Notes under the pieces: model-generated
The model's database searches: none
What the model was told of the DNA's origin: nothing
What the model saw: only the letters and a program-made list of their open reading frames with translations
Shown here: positions 41,530 to 52,791 of the stretch, one piece after another
Position numbering within the stretch: the first letter of the stretch is position 1
Layout of the letters: each line of letters opens with the position of its first letter
Made by a program: the position numbers and the translations under genes
NCBI GenBank assembly: GCA_001567515.1
Contig: LLEV01000010.1
Span: forward strand, 6,801-70,800
Origin: Microgenomates bacterium OLB22
GTDB lineage: Bacteria; Patescibacteriota; Microgenomatia; UBA1406; HO2-37-13b
Reading direction: 5' to 3'
DNA length: 64,000 bases

Positions 41530-42213
41530 CTATCCTAACCCAGCAATAAGTAGTAACTGCAACGATTCTTTATAGCCATACGGCGTCTCCCCTGTCTTAA
41601 TTGCTCGATCGATGCGGTAGCATTGTCTGTACATCTGCTCTAGTTTTGTTGGCTGCCATCTACGAGCCTGTGAGGTAAGTCTGCCAAGCTGCCACTCCTG
41701 CAGCCTGCCAGATGGCTTCTCACCTATTGATAGTAAGTAGAGGTCCTTAAATCGTTTTCTGATAAGTGTAAATAGCAGAACCTCACTATCTTTCTGCGAA
41801 AGGAGGTCGAGGTCACGTGCAGCTGTTAGCCCGGTTCCTGGCACCAGCCTATCTAAAAAAGCAAAGATATCAGTAGAAAGTTTGTACCACATGAGTGTGG
41901 CATAGGGGAACCATGACTTGAGGTCTCGTTGGTAGTGACCTTCATCATGTAATAGGACATGAAGTGTCTGCTCCTGTTGAAATTTTAGCCAAGACTTCCC
42001 TCTCCTTTTTGATTCCAGGACAATAGGATAGACAGTATGCTACCTTTTTGAGTAAAAAAGTAGCTGCGAGTCAGAGAGCCATGCCTCTAGTTCGGGAAAG
42101 CGCTTACGATCTATATAGATGAGTTCATATCCCTCAGTCCGTAGCTGCGTTTGCTTTAGCATGTAGTTTTGATGAGCTGTGGCGATATCCTCTCCAGCAT
42201 AGATGTAAAGCAT
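41530..42213 (-). CDS. holA: DNA polymerase III delta subunit-like protein, interrupted by a frameshift near 42045-42059
   Basis: The N-terminal MLYIYAGED... and the C-terminal helical domain (...QMYRQCYRIDRAIKTG) join across T5/A6 runs. Short for holA. Confidence 0.55.
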
Positions 42214-42281
42214 GATCGTAGTATATACAATCTCACAAGGGCCTACAAAAAAAACCAGCTCTATCTTGAGCTGGTACATAG

Positions 42282-42485
42282 CTAGCTGTTTGCCCTTCCT
42301 CGATATCTCTGCCAGAAGTATCCAAATAGCATCTGAGTTAACCGCGCTGATAACAGTACAAACACCAATTTCCCAAAGTGTTGCTCTGGTATGCCCAGAA
42401 CTACCGCAATATATATACCGACAAGACTGCTGACTATCGTAATAAGGAATTCGTACTTAGCAGTAGCTAAGTTTTTACTGAACAT
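42282..42485 (-). CDS. small membrane protein
   Basis: 67 aa with two TM segments. Confidence 0.4.
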   Translation of the reverse strand: MFSKNLATAKYEFLITIVSSLVGIYIAVVLGIPEQHFGKLVFVLLSARLTQMLFGYFWQRYRGRANS

Positions 42486-42808
42486 ACAGTATCCTCCTTC
42501 ACATGCTGCCCCTTCAGGCGAGCCATCATAGTCCTTCTAGTAGTATATAGTACAGCTGCACGCGGAGCACAACCTAACATGCCAGATAGATTGAGAAAAG
42601 CAAACAGGAATGCTATTGCGACTTCAACCCAAACACCCCTAGCATATCCTAGATACATGGCATGGAGCTGATAGGACAAACCAAATAGCGATAACATAGC
42701 AATTAGTGTATTCATCAAGATGCTGTTAAAACATCGTTCGGTCATCCTGTTTAGGTAGGCCACCACTTGTGTACTCCTTGTGTAAAGGAAATGCCTATAG
42801 CATATCAA
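42467..42808 (-). CDS. hypothetical membrane protein
   Basis: 113 aa with three hydrophobic segments. Confidence 0.45.
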   Translation of the reverse strand: MICYRHFLYTRSTQVVAYLNRMTERCFNSILMNTLIAMLSLFGLSYQLHAMYLGYARGVWVEVAIAFLFAFLNLSGMLGCAPRAAVLYTTRRTMMARLKGQHVKEDTVCSVKT

Positions 42809-42900
42809 TTGTAAATGTGAATCTCAACAGCTTTTAGGTTGCATCACCCAGTTTCATGCTAGGTATTTCAGTATAAAAAAGCCCCCAGCTACCACACGGG

Positions 42901-43224
42901 TCAACTGGGGGTATCAGATGTTGTCAAAATAGTCCTTAGTGCCTTTAGGCTTTCCTGAGTGGCCGAAGGGTCATGAAGCAACAATGCCCCTATCCATGTG
43001 GGGACAAGCCCAAGTAGCGCCTCTCTAATGTAGTTCGGGTAATCCCTCGTGCAAGTATGTACTGCCATTACAAACATGTACGCCACAGCACTAGGTGTCT
43101 TGCGACTATTTGCGTGTCTTGCAACATGTGCGTAAATATGGTTAGTCAAATCATCATTCATACAGGACCTAAGTCTCTCCATAATCATCTCATAATCCGG
43201 CATGTAACACGTACCTCTGTCCAT
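42901..43224 (-). CDS. hypothetical protein
   Basis: ATG after GGGAGGAA (MDRGTCYMPDYE...). The track ORF was trimmed to this start. Confidence 0.5.
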   Translation of the reverse strand: MDRGTCYMPDYEMIMERLRSCMNDDLTNHIYAHVARHANSRKTPSAVAYMFVMAVHTCTRDYPNYIREALLGLVPTWIGALLLHDPSATQESLKALRTILTTSDTPS

Positions 43225-43235
43225 TCGTTCCTCCC

Positions 43236-43713
43236 TTAGGCCGTGTCGCGGTCTAGTGGCATCCGTATGTACCCGTAAGCTCGGTAAGGAGACATACTGG
43301 ATCTGGATACCCCTGTCAAAATGTGCACTAGCCTCAGATTGGGTGCCGACAGTAGCACTTGTATATAGGCCTCTATACACGCAGCGGTATTATGAGCATA
43401 TCCACGCGTGATCGCATCCTTCCATGCGTCATCACACTTAGGTCCATACCACTGCTGGAGACGATCTGTGTAAACATAGTTAGCTCCATCTACATAGATA
43501 TTGCCACTTCTGTCCTGCGTACATCTATGCCCTGAGGCAATATAAATGCTTTGATCACCGTAAGCAAAGCGCTTGTCTGTATAGAGTGGATCTAACAGGT
43601 CCGATCTGAGTAAAGCGAATGGATTGGTCTCAGCATACACAACGGGACGGGCTGACTGAAGTGGCCTGTAATCACTGACTGTATAACTCGGATCCCACCC
43701 CTTTGGCATCATA
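43236..43713 (-). CDS. hypothetical protein
   Basis: ATG after AAAGGAGATAAC (MMPKGWDPSY...). No motif recognised. Confidence 0.5.
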
Positions 43714-43964
43714 GTTATCTCCTTTATTTTCAAGGTGTGATGAAGTATATAAAAATGGACTGCAATTTTCAAGCTATAGGATGTCATTAATAGTGATAAA
43801 TTCACGATACATGCAAAATGCTGCCCATAATCGGCAGTAGTAGTAGTCTGTAATCCCGGGGGGCAAATAAGCAGGGACCTTAGTATCAAGCAATGCCCCT
43901 CGACAGGCAAAGCGCTAGGGTAGAGATCGGCATTCGAGAGGCAAGGATAAAAAAATGCCCCACA

Positions 43965-44186
43965 TCAGAACTCAAAGGCGCTGAGGGGGCCGAAGCGCCT
44001 AAGGTCATAGACAGTGACCTGACGCGTGGGACCAAAAAATACATAACGCTTCACCACAATGTCGTACACTCGCTCGATGAGCCAATCATCATGAAACCCA
44101 TGACGTACAATTTGCCCGACTCTAAATGAACCATTGAGTGGGACTGCATACTTCCGAACAGCGATAGCAGGGTCTCCCATCTCCAA
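43965..44186 (-). CDS. hypothetical protein
   Basis: 73-aa ORF with AAGGAG upstream. Confidence 0.45.
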   Translation of the reverse strand: MEMGDPAIAVRKYAVPLNGSFRVGQIVRHGFHDDWLIERVYDIVVKRYVFFGPTRQVTVYDLRRFGPLSAFEF

Positions 44187-44573
44187 CTCCTTTGTGAGTA
44201 AGGTTACGTGGCCTAAGTGAGTATATCAGAGCTCATCAATGCTAGCATTCTTGATGCTGGACAAATGTTCACTATAAGCAATCTTGATATGGGTGCCAAT
44301 GAACAAACAAATGGGTATACAGGCATTACTAAGATGTATGATGGCACTCGATGCCCTTGTAGTAGTGCACATCCACCATAAAAACCCAAAACAAATAGCC
44401 ATGCAGCAGCTTTGAGTATATGATCAATCCAACCTACTTGATGTACCACAGGCTTACTCCTGGTATACTAAAGTGCATTAGGTATGAATTCTAGTCCCAT
44501 GTGGCAAAACATGCAATAGCCATCTCCTGGATAAATGAGGCCCAGTTTGATATACTTTCAGAGGCTTTTCACA

Positions 44574-44646
44574 GGTCCCATCGTCTAGTGGCCTAGGACA
44601 CCGGGCTTTCATCCCGGCAACACGGGTTCGACTCCCGTTGGGATCA
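44574..44646 (+). tRNA. tRNA-Glu(TTC)
   Basis: Cloverleaf with anticodon loop ctTTCat. A TATACT promoter lies about 20 nt upstream. Confidence 0.9.
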
Positions 44647-44680
44647 CTTGTTCGCTCATTTCAAAAAAAGGAGTGATGAT

Positions 44681-45133
44681 ATGGTCGGTGTTGTACTTGC
44701 TCTACTTTACACTGCATACAAGGCTATTACGGGACATGTAGATCCGGAGACTTATCTTGCAGCTACCAATTTTCTTTTTTACTGGTATATCTGGACATCT
44801 GCTATCTACGCTATTCTGATAGTAGGAATCAGTATCATTGTTCCATTATTTGGCATAGCAATCGGACGTGATAGTGGAGGGATAATTGGAGGCCTACTTG
44901 GTGCACTTGTGGGAGGTGGACTATCACTGTTGATCATTATTCTCGGCCTTCTAGGAAGAGGGACGCTCATCCTGGGAGCATACCTCATGCATAGTGCATA
45001 TACGGTCAGTAATGGTTGGAATAATACTCAGCTGATCTTTGGAATAGGGCTACTAGTTGTAGGATTGATTTTGAATAAGAGTTTTTCGAGCTCGTCGTCT
45101 TCCAGCTCTAGAGGGACACGAATACGATTTTAG
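44681..45133 (+). CDS. Gly-rich multi-pass membrane protein with a poly-Ser tail
   Basis: ATG after AAAGGAG. Four TM segments, then SSSSSSS near the C-terminus. Confidence 0.55.
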   Translation: MVGVVLALLYTAYKAITGHVDPETYLAATNFLFYWYIWTSAIYAILIVGISIIVPLFGIAIGRDSGGIIGGLLGALVGGGLSLLIIILGLLGRGTLILGAYLMHSAYTVSNGWNNTQLIFGIGLLVVGLILNKSFSSSSSSSSRGTRIRF

Positions 45134-45194
45134 AGACATACCCCCTCACCATCTGCCTACTGGCGGATTGGCGAAGGGGGATTTTTTGTCTCTT

Positions 45195-45854
45195 TTACTT
45201 CAGATGCTTTTTCACATCATCGAGAAGCTCACGTGCATGCACTTGCCCTCCTAGTCCAAAGGCAAGTCCTCCCGCTATGGCAAGCATTGCTATGATCCCG
45301 GTAAAGAGGATACGGATAAGATCCTGTGCAACTCCAAGTTGATTTAGCACTACGAGTCCTGTGAAAAACAAGATAGTGTACTTCGCCAACATACCAAATG
45401 TCTTTGAGGACTTTTGTCCCAGAGACTCGACGCTGTTAACGACGACGTTTTGTGCTAGATTTGCCAAGATCGCTCCCACAAATGCTATGATTACGGCGAT
45501 CAATACGTTAGGTAGATACAGTAATAGTGAGTTGAGTACGTCAGAGACTTTAGTCAGGCCCCAGGCCTCAGCTGCTGGTACGAGGAAAAGAATGACAGTG
45601 CCCCACGCTGCAATCTCAACTAATACATCTTCCCACAAACGTACAGTCGTCGTATCTTCAAAGAGATTCGTGCTCTTAAAGAGGTCTTGGAGCCTCAGAA
45701 ATGTGAAGATCGACGATAATCCTTTTCTGACAATCTGGGCGAGTATTAGCCCGATGACCAAGATGACGAGTCCTCCGAGCAAATTAGGGATAAAACGAGC
45801 GGTAGTACTGAGTGCTGTAGTGATGATATATTGGATTGTTTCAAAAATATTCAT
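45195..45854 (-). CDS. conserved-TM-helix repeat protein (small mechanosensitive-channel-like)
   Basis: Repeated TM units with NLLGGLVILVIG and VGAILANLA-type motifs. GGGGG SD-like stretch. Confidence 0.5.
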   Translation of the reverse strand: MNIFETIQYIITTALSTTARFIPNLLGGLVILVIGLILAQIVRKGLSSIFTFLRLQDLFKSTNLFEDTTTVRLWEDVLVEIAAWGTVILFLVPAAEAWGLTKVSDVLNSLLLYLPNVLIAVIIAFVGAILANLAQNVVVNSVESLGQKSSKTFGMLAKYTILFFTGLVVLNQLGVAQDLIRILFTGIIAMLAIAGGLAFGLGGQVHARELLDDVKKHLK

Positions 45855-45858
45855 ACGG

Positions 45859-46227
45859 TCACCCCCTTTCCTCAGATGAATTCTGTATATGCGTAATGTA
45901 CGGCTGCCCAGACGTGCTGTCAAGGTCTATTGCGATGATGTCTATTCGTTGGGCTTTCCCATTAAGCTTGTGTTGATGTGAGTAGAGTGAAGCTGCACGG
46001 TGAAGGTTGTGGAGCTTACGAGGGGTGATTGACTCGACACCGGTCCCCCATCTGTCCGTGGTGCGGTATTTGACTTCAACGAATACGATGGTCTCCTGAT
46101 CTTGAGCAATTATATCGATCTCGCCCCAGCGTTTGTGACTATTTCTGTCAAGGATACGATAGCCTTTTTGGAGTAAAAAAGATATGGCAAGATCTTCTCC
46201 ACGAGCACCAACAGCCCGCTTGTTCAT
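45859..46227 (-). CDS. yraN: YraN family (UPF0102) endonuclease
   Basis: GARGEDLA..FL..KGYRILDRN....GEIDIIA...VFVEVKYR signature. Confidence 0.85.
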   Translation of the reverse strand: MNKRAVGARGEDLAISFLLQKGYRILDRNSHKRWGEIDIIAQDQETIVFVEVKYRTTDRWGTGVESITPRKLHNLHRAASLYSHQHKLNGKAQRIDIIAIDLDSTSGQPYITHIQNSSEERG

Positions 46228-46296
46228 GGAATTAGTATACCAATATTGATAGGAGATCGATATTATCGATTTGATAGACGTATTCGATAGCAACGA

Positions 46297-46624
46297 CTAG
46301 CTATAGAGTCGCTCACGGATCTCTCTCTGTGAGCGGTCGCGGATGTAGTAGACTTTGGCTTTAGTATTTGTTGTTCTACGGACTACCTCACACTTTTTGA
46401 TGTTAGGAGATTGGACAGGAAAGATACGCTCAACACCTACTTTGCTGCGGGTCATCTTGCGCACGGTCACCATCTGATTTATACCAATGCCCTTGACGCC
46501 TAAGACGATGCCCTCAAAGATCTGGGACTTTTTCCTTTCCATCTGCATCCTTGTATGCATAGGTTATTTTGACCATATCGCCCACGCGGGCTGTTGTTTC
46601 GAGAATAGTTACGACATTTGCCAT
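46297..46624 (-). CDS. rplS: 50S ribosomal protein L19, interrupted by a 1-nt indel in a 5-nt homopolymer (46529-46533)
   Basis: MANVVTILE...VGDMVKITY...DGKEK joins SQIFEGIVLGVKG...GVERIFPVQSP when one A is removed. Confidence 0.88.
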
Positions 46625-46753
46625 AGTGTGAAGTACATTGTACCATCTTTTGGTATAAACGCAACTGAGGAGTCCCAAGGCACAAAAAAACCCCCATTGT
46701 CGCGTCTAACGCGACTACGGAGGGATAAATTCACTTATCCGCGTTTGACGAGG

Positions 46754-47311
46754 TTAACGACTACTATACGAAGGCTTACTGGAGGCTCTAGTAAACCAAC
46801 TATACCTATCAGCAGCCCAGCTTAGCCAGATAGCAGCCTGGACAAGCAAAAAAATGGGAAGAAGAAACCACTTAACAGTTCTAGCAAAGCCCTCATCAGC
46901 TCCCTGCTGACTCATCTGAACATCGAGTCTAGGGCCTAGTATCTCTTCTTCTGCTGCTGAAGCAGTCACATAGAACAATGCTGTAGACTCGAGCTGGTAG
47001 CTTCCATCTGAGATAGAGGCATTGAGATAGTATTGCCCATTATCACCCTTGTTAGGGACGAGAAGAGCATTAGTCTTTACGTCTCTGCGTCTGAAAGGCT
47101 TTCTACTACCAAAGAGGGTGCTGACTGGGCCCTTCCCAGTATTTAGGGAGATGACCTCCATATTCCTCATGCGAAATTCAACGGGTGCTCCCGAGATGGG
47201 CACGTTGTAAATCCTCCCAGAAGGCTCAAAAGCTATGCTCACTGACATGAGAATGAAAAAGCCAATTATAAAGCTGAAGATTGTCGCGAAACCAGCATCC
47301 TCAGTCTTCAT
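46754..47311 (-). CDS. hypothetical bitopic membrane protein
   Basis: N-terminal and C-terminal TM segments with a beta-rich middle. Same architecture as families A and B. Confidence 0.55.
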   Translation of the reverse strand: MKTEDAGFATIFSFIIGFFILMSVSIAFEPSGRIYNVPISGAPVEFRMRNMEVISLNTGKGPVSTLFGSRKPFRRRDVKTNALLVPNKGDNGQYYLNASISDGSYQLESTALFYVTASAAEEEILGPRLDVQMSQQGADEGFARTVKWFLLPIFLLVQAAIWLSWAADRYSWFTRASSKPSYSSR

Positions 47312-47652
47312 ATCCTCTCCTTTGCATGTTGTATAAAGTGCAACTGTCTATAGTATATATGAAAGAGAATCAGAATTCAAAGGAAGACCCAACACCTCTA
47401 TAGTCCCTAGTGATCCTAAAGAAGCTGCGCTTTTAGGTGAGAAAGTCTTACTTACAGATGCATGATACGAACAAAAGTAAGCGCAAAAAAAAGCTGAGGG
47501 GACTGCCAGCAGTTGGGTGAAAATAGGTGGTTCACCTCCGCGAGCAGTCATCTCAGCTTTACTGCGGTAAGTATACCATACGCTATAGCATTTGTCAAGC
47601 GGCTAGTATATAGGCATAAAAAAGCCACGTTTTGTAAACGTGGCATAAGTTT

Positions 47653-48132
47653 TTAAGAACTTGATGTGTTCTTTAGATAACGCAATAGGCGATATGACTC
47701 CTCAATGTCCTTTCTTAATATTTCATAGGAAGCCCTATCTATCCTGCTCACATCACGCCTACACTCGATCCACAAGGGCAAGAGTGCCAGGAGCGAATCA
47801 TCATGCTGAGTAATATGTGGCAAGATCGAAGAGACATCTCTACTGTAAGCCTTGATTGCGACCTCAGCTTGAGCAAGGTAGTTGAGCATAACATCAATAG
47901 AGCTTCCCCTTGGAGGGGGAGTTGGAAGCAGGTCATAGAGACGCTGATCCGCATCCAGAATACGAACTAGATCCTCTAGCTCAGCATGTATCCATGTAAG
48001 GATGTTTATGCGTGCCTCATTAAACGTGCTGTACAAGGCCCAAAACTCATTTGGGACACGGACAGGATCGGGATGTCTCTGTTTTCCTTGAACGACCTCG
48101 AATCCATATTGAAGTAGAAGAGGTAGCTTCAT
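47653..48132 (-). CDS. hypothetical protein
   Basis: 159-aa helical-looking ORF with AGGAAA upstream. Confidence 0.5.
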   Translation of the reverse strand: MKLPLLLQYGFEVVQGKQRHPDPVRVPNEFWALYSTFNEARINILTWIHAELEDLVRILDADQRLYDLLPTPPPRGSSIDVMLNYLAQAEVAIKAYSRDVSSILPHITQHDDSLLALLPLWIECRRDVSRIDRASYEILRKDIEESYRLLRYLKNTSSS

Positions 48133-48159
48133 TGGTTTTCCTTTCTTGTGAGAAGTAGT

Positions 48160-48648
48160 TTACTTTGTGGGAAAGATCAGACCTTTCCCGTCCGACGGCC
48201 AGTCATACCAAAAGTAGAGGGGTCGAATGTACGGCATCAGTCTACCCTGGTACATGAAGTCTTTCCAACTGTTGTACCATGTAACAAAACGATGAATTTC
48301 AGCTGAGATCTTCATATGCCCCACAGAATACGGAACTCGTTGAAGCCAAATAGAGTAAAAATCGAGCTGCTCTTGAGCGAGCTTCTCCACCTTGCTCAGG
48401 TCAGATATGCCCATTCCTAACTGTCTCCAGTCGTGCTCGAATTGTTGACGCGATGAGGGATCAATCCCATCGGCCCTGAGTATTTCGCACATAGTAAGGT
48501 AGAGGCTATTTGTCATATCGACAAAGGATCGCCTTACTACGACCGTCAGCTGATATCCTGCGAAGGGGAAATAGAACCCAAAAAAGAGAAGCACAACTAA
48601 GAAGAGAGTCATCGGTACAGTAATAGACATGATGTTAAGAAAATCCAT
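48160..48648 (-). CDS. hypothetical membrane-anchored protein
   Basis: N-terminal TM segment. AAGGAGG upstream. Confidence 0.55.
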   Translation of the reverse strand: MDFLNIMSITVPMTLFLVVLLFFGFYFPFAGYQLTVVVRRSFVDMTNSLYLTMCEILRADGIDPSSRQQFEHDWRQLGMGISDLSKVEKLAQEQLDFYSIWLQRVPYSVGHMKISAEIHRFVTWYNSWKDFMYQGRLMPYIRPLYFWYDWPSDGKGLIFPTK

Positions 48649-48760
48649 CTACGCCTCCTTATGTAAATGCGCACCCATAGTATAACAAATGTCGAGAGTA
48701 AGTTCAAAGTGAAAAGTCCCTGCCAGCCGGCAGGCAGGAGAAGTCAAAAGTTTACTCAGT

Positions 48761-48850
48761 GTCATCATTATCCCGCACTAGCGGGAGAGAAATCTAGTTA
48801 AGATTAGCAACCTAGATTTTACTACGTCTAGGCGACCAAGTACTTTCAGT
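48761..48850. repeat. palindromic intergenic element, degenerate copy 3
   Basis: gtcatcattatcccgcactagcgggagagaaatctag...ctagattttact...tactttcagtg. Confidence 0.55.
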
Positions 48851-48930
48851 GTTGTCATTTTCTGACGCACATAGCAATTTTCATAGTTCTATGATATACT
48901 ATGAGACTCATTGAAAAAAGGGAGGAGGCC

Positions 48931-49473
48931 GTGCCTGAGCTCATCGACGCCAATAAAATAGTGGGTCGTCAGCTACGCTTTAATGCCCAGCATCAACTTC
49001 CAACGAGAGGCGGTAAAGGGCTTTCATTTGCTATTTATGAGCCAATTCAAAGAGATACATTTTTGCTAAACATGGGCTTTTGGCAACAGTATGCACTTGT
49101 TAGAATGAATGAAGAGATCGATACAGTGCCATTGCCTCGCAAAGGTATCCTTGGAGCGTTAGGCTTTACTGAAAACCGTCCCATTGGTATTAAGGCATCC
49201 TATGTATTTAAGTGGGACGCTGCAGCATATGCTGGCAAGCGAGGGCCTTACCATGTGTGGTACCATACCACCCACAAGTTCTACATCGTAATGGATGAGT
49301 CAGAGACCGGGGCACTATCACTTTTTTTGTTCATGGATGAAGATGCTGAGTTAGAAAGGCTTTTAGAGAGGCAGCCAGATTACTCTGTCTACAAAATGAT
49401 GCCCGCTCGGGCTCTTATGATCGCAAGTGCAGCCGGGGTATGCTATAGTCCGAGACCTACACTCATGATCTGA
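48931..49473 (+). CDS. hypothetical protein
   Basis: GTG start 5 nt after AGGGAGGAGG. The track's ATG lies inside the TATACTATG promoter box. Confidence 0.55.
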   Translation: MPELIDANKIVGRQLRFNAQHQLPTRGGKGLSFAIYEPIQRDTFLLNMGFWQQYALVRMNEEIDTVPLPRKGILGALGFTENRPIGIKASYVFKWDAAAYAGKRGPYHVWYHTTHKFYIVMDESETGALSLFLFMDEDAELERLLERQPDYSVYKMMPARALMIASAAGVCYSPRPTLMI

Positions 49474-49507
49474 CCCAGCTCTTTGTAAAGGGGCTGGTTT
49501 TTTTATG
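49474..49507 (+). terminator. rho-independent terminator (acccag...gggctggttttttt module)
   Basis: Stem ccagctc/ggggctgg followed by T7. A near-duplicate occurs at 63433. Confidence 0.8.
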
Positions 49508-49697
49508 CATAGAAGTGCACATGGCAAAGGAGAGATATAGAGTCTAGCGTACACAATCGAGCATAGATCCAAAATCCCTCTTATGCTTAAGGTGTGGATT
49601 GACACGTCGAGTTCGAGATGATAGTTAGAATATTTGAGTTTTTAAATCCATCTCTGATTAGAATTTAGTGATTTGTATTTGGTATCATGTATCTCTA

Positions 49698-51771
49698 TCA
49701 CGCTTCCTTCTCAACCTCTGGCTTTTCAATTTCCTCTGGCAGTGGGATCTTAGCATCCTTGGCTATCTGCTGAACATTCCAGGCTGCATAAGTGCAGACA
49801 GGATAGTTGCTACAACCGTAAAAACGGCGTTTTCTTCTTCGTGAGCCTCACATAGATATCACCACCACACTTTGGGCATGGGATCTGGATCTTCTCGTGA
49901 AACTGTTTCTTCCCCTTGCAGTCAGGGTATCTTGTACAGGCATAAAATTTACCAAACTTTGAATACCGTATAGACATTGGCGCACCACACTCTTCACACT
50001 TTTCATCTGACTTTTCCTCAATATCGATGTACTTCTTATCTTTAAATTCTGCCTCAAGAGTCTTCTCTACGGGCTGGTAAAATGTCCTAAGCAATTGGAC
50101 CATATCTTCCTTACCCTCTGCTATGGCGTCCAGATCATCCTCCATCTTCGCAGTAAAATCTATACCAAAGACAGCTGGAAAGGCATCACTAAGGTAGTCG
50201 CAGACTGCCGTTCCCAACATTGTCGGGTGAAATTTGCCCTCTAACTTTTCTACGTAATTTCGAGCCTGGACAGTACTGATAGTTGGAGCATACGTCGACG
50301 GGCGACCTATACCGCGTCTTCGAGAGTCTTAATGAGCGACGCCTCCCCATACCGTGGAGGGGGCTTGGTCATATCTTCTTCTGACAGCAATTCCTTAAGC
50401 GCAACTTCTTGCCCTTTTTCAAGTCTCGCATAATGCGTCTCCTGATTTGATACCCCGTACAACGTGAGATAACCCGGAAAAGTGATTATCTCGACTCGTG
50501 ACTCAAATCTATACCCTTCCTTACTAGTGACTTCAAGACTAAATGATAGCCCCTTCGCGCTTGACATCTGTGTAGCTACAGCTTTCTTATAGATTAGCTG
50601 ATAGAGTTTTACATGCCGACTCGAGAGTGTTGCTGTCTCTTTGATATCTGGTTGCAAACGTGTTGGTCTGATGGCCTCATGTGCTTCCTGAGCAAGTTTG
50701 TTTTTTTGATTTAAATACTCGCACATCACTGCTGAGGTAGTCATCGCCATAGGTATCTCTTACATATGCCTGAGCCTTAGCGACAAACTGTTCTGAAAGG
50801 TTAACCGAATCTGTACGATGATAGGTGATATGGCCCTTTTCGTAGAGCTTTTGAGCAATACTCATGGTCATCTTGGCACTATAGCCAAGTACACGAGCAG
50901 CCTCCTGCTGCAGAGTGGATGTCGTAAAGGGGGAAGGTGGATTTTTAGTAGTTTCAGCTTGTTTGAGTTCGGTAATGGAAAAAATGCTCTTTTTAAGATC
51001 CTGCTCGATCTTTTTAGCTCTCTCGGCATCAATAGTTGTTTTGCTAAAGCTGTAGGTACCATCAAATAGGCTTATCTTCTTTGACACGTAATAGTCCTCT
51101 GTCCCTTTTCCAACTAACTTTGCCTCAAAAGGAATTGTCTTTGCCTTAAAGTTGCCTTTTATCTTAAAAAATTCCTCTTGTTTGAACTTCTGGATCTCTT
51201 TTTCCCGTTCTACGATAAATCGAAGAGCGACCGTCTGAACACGACCGGCGGAGAGCCATCTCTTACCCATCTTATTCCATAGAAGCGGTGAGAGCTTGTA
51301 TCCCACGAGACGATCTAGGATACGACGTGCTTGCTGGGCATTGACAAGGTCGACATTAATCTTTCCCGGATGCTGCAATGCATGCTCAAGTGCCTCCTTA
51401 GTGATCTCGTGAAAAGTTATTCTCTGTATAGTCTTTGAAGTCTTCTTCAGCTTACTGTGCGGCCATTTTTCTGTAATAGCATCTAAGATGTAAGCGACAT
51501 GATAGGAGATTGCCTCTCCCTCACGGTCAGGGTCAGTTGCCAAAATGATGGTAGAGGCTTTGGCAGCGATCTTTTTGATGCGATCCACTGTTTCCTTTTG
51601 TTTAGGCAATATCTCATATTGGGGAGCAAAGTCTTTTTCCAAATCAACACCAAATTTTTTTAGCGGGAGGTCTCGAATATGACCGATGGTGGCCTCTACA
51701 GTGATCCCTTTAGGGACTATTTTGGAAAAAGTCTTGGCTTTTGTTGGTGACTCGACAAGTATAAGTTGCAT
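49698..51771 (-). CDS. topA: DNA topoisomerase I, interrupted by three frame breaks (T7 at 50701-50707, about 50311-50316, about 49820-49840)
   Basis: The TOPRIM start MQLILVESPTKAKTF, then AQEAHEAIRPT, GIGRPSTYA, and C-terminal zinc ribbons (CEECG, CPKCGG, FYGCSNYPVC) are all present once frames are shifted. Confidence 0.92.
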
Positions 51772-52425
51772 TAGCGAGGAACAAATTGCGTAATTTCTGA
51801 TTACTAATTTCTAAATTCTATAAAAGCATCGGACACTCTAGTCATTTAGAGTGACAGCAACGTATCTAGCAAAATTTGCTCTAGCTGATTAGATCCTTTT
51901 CCCGTCAGGACGGGATCAGGAAGACGTTACTAGCTATTCTGAATGGCTGTTATTCGTGTGACAATGGTATCGATTGCAAATGAAAAAAGCAACATCCACT
52001 AATCAATTTATCATTGAAAAATGAACATTGCTTCATTCATTTCATACGTGTATACGGTAGGTCCTGCATTATGAGTCTCTCTTTGTGAAACATCAGAGTT
52101 CGTCCATTAGTACGTATAGGCTAAATCCATTGCTGGACTTACACCATACGCCTATCAACCCAGTGATCTCCTGGGGGACTAAAAGATTCCTCATCTTGGG
52201 GTGTGCTTCGTACTTGAGATGCTTTCAGTACTTATCACGTAGGAATATAGCTACCCAGCGATGCCCTTTTGGGACAACTGGTACACCAGGGATTCCCCCT
52301 TCTCGGTCCTCTCGTACTAGAGAAAGGCCCCCTCAAGAATCAAGACGCCTGTACCGGATAGAGTCCGAGCTGTCTCACGACGCTCTGAACCCAGCTCGCG
52401 TATCGCTTTAATGGGCGAACAGACC

Positions 52426-52456
<31 letters not shown>

Positions 52457-52472
52457 CGCTGAGCCGACATCG

Positions 52473-52791
52473 CTCAATTGATGATTTAATTGTTTCCAAT
52501 TAATTTTGACTATACCTTCATCCCGATTTTAAGCGGGGTGCTAACGTTTTATAGAGATAAATATCCCTATCTTCACTCTCGATTAATCGAGAGATCCAGT
52601 CGATACGGGGTCAAGCCACAATAATGTGACCGACTTCCCACGGTATTACCTTTTCAATATTTAACTTTTATTTGTTCGCAAAGCTAAATAGGTTCATGAT
52701 TAAGGTTTCACCGTTATGAGTTAGTTTTCTTAGATTATTACATTATCTAAACAGCACTCAGATTTTACAATCTGAGGACCCCGATATGTTG
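52473..52791 (-). mobile_element. group I-type intron in 23S at E. coli U2500/C2501, no ORF
   Basis: It interrupts GCUACCU|CGAUGUCGG. The 5' exon ends in U and the insert ends in G. Intron nt 7-14 AUCGGGGU complement the ligated junction ACCU-CGAU with a G.U pair at the splice site. Confidence 0.7.

Noticed and set aside
42901-49473. A cluster of small hypothetical genes around tRNA-Glu was considered as a prophage or integrative-element remnant.
   Set aside because: No integrase, terminase, capsid or portal-like proteins. No tRNA-derived att repeats. Housekeeping yraN and rplS are interspersed.
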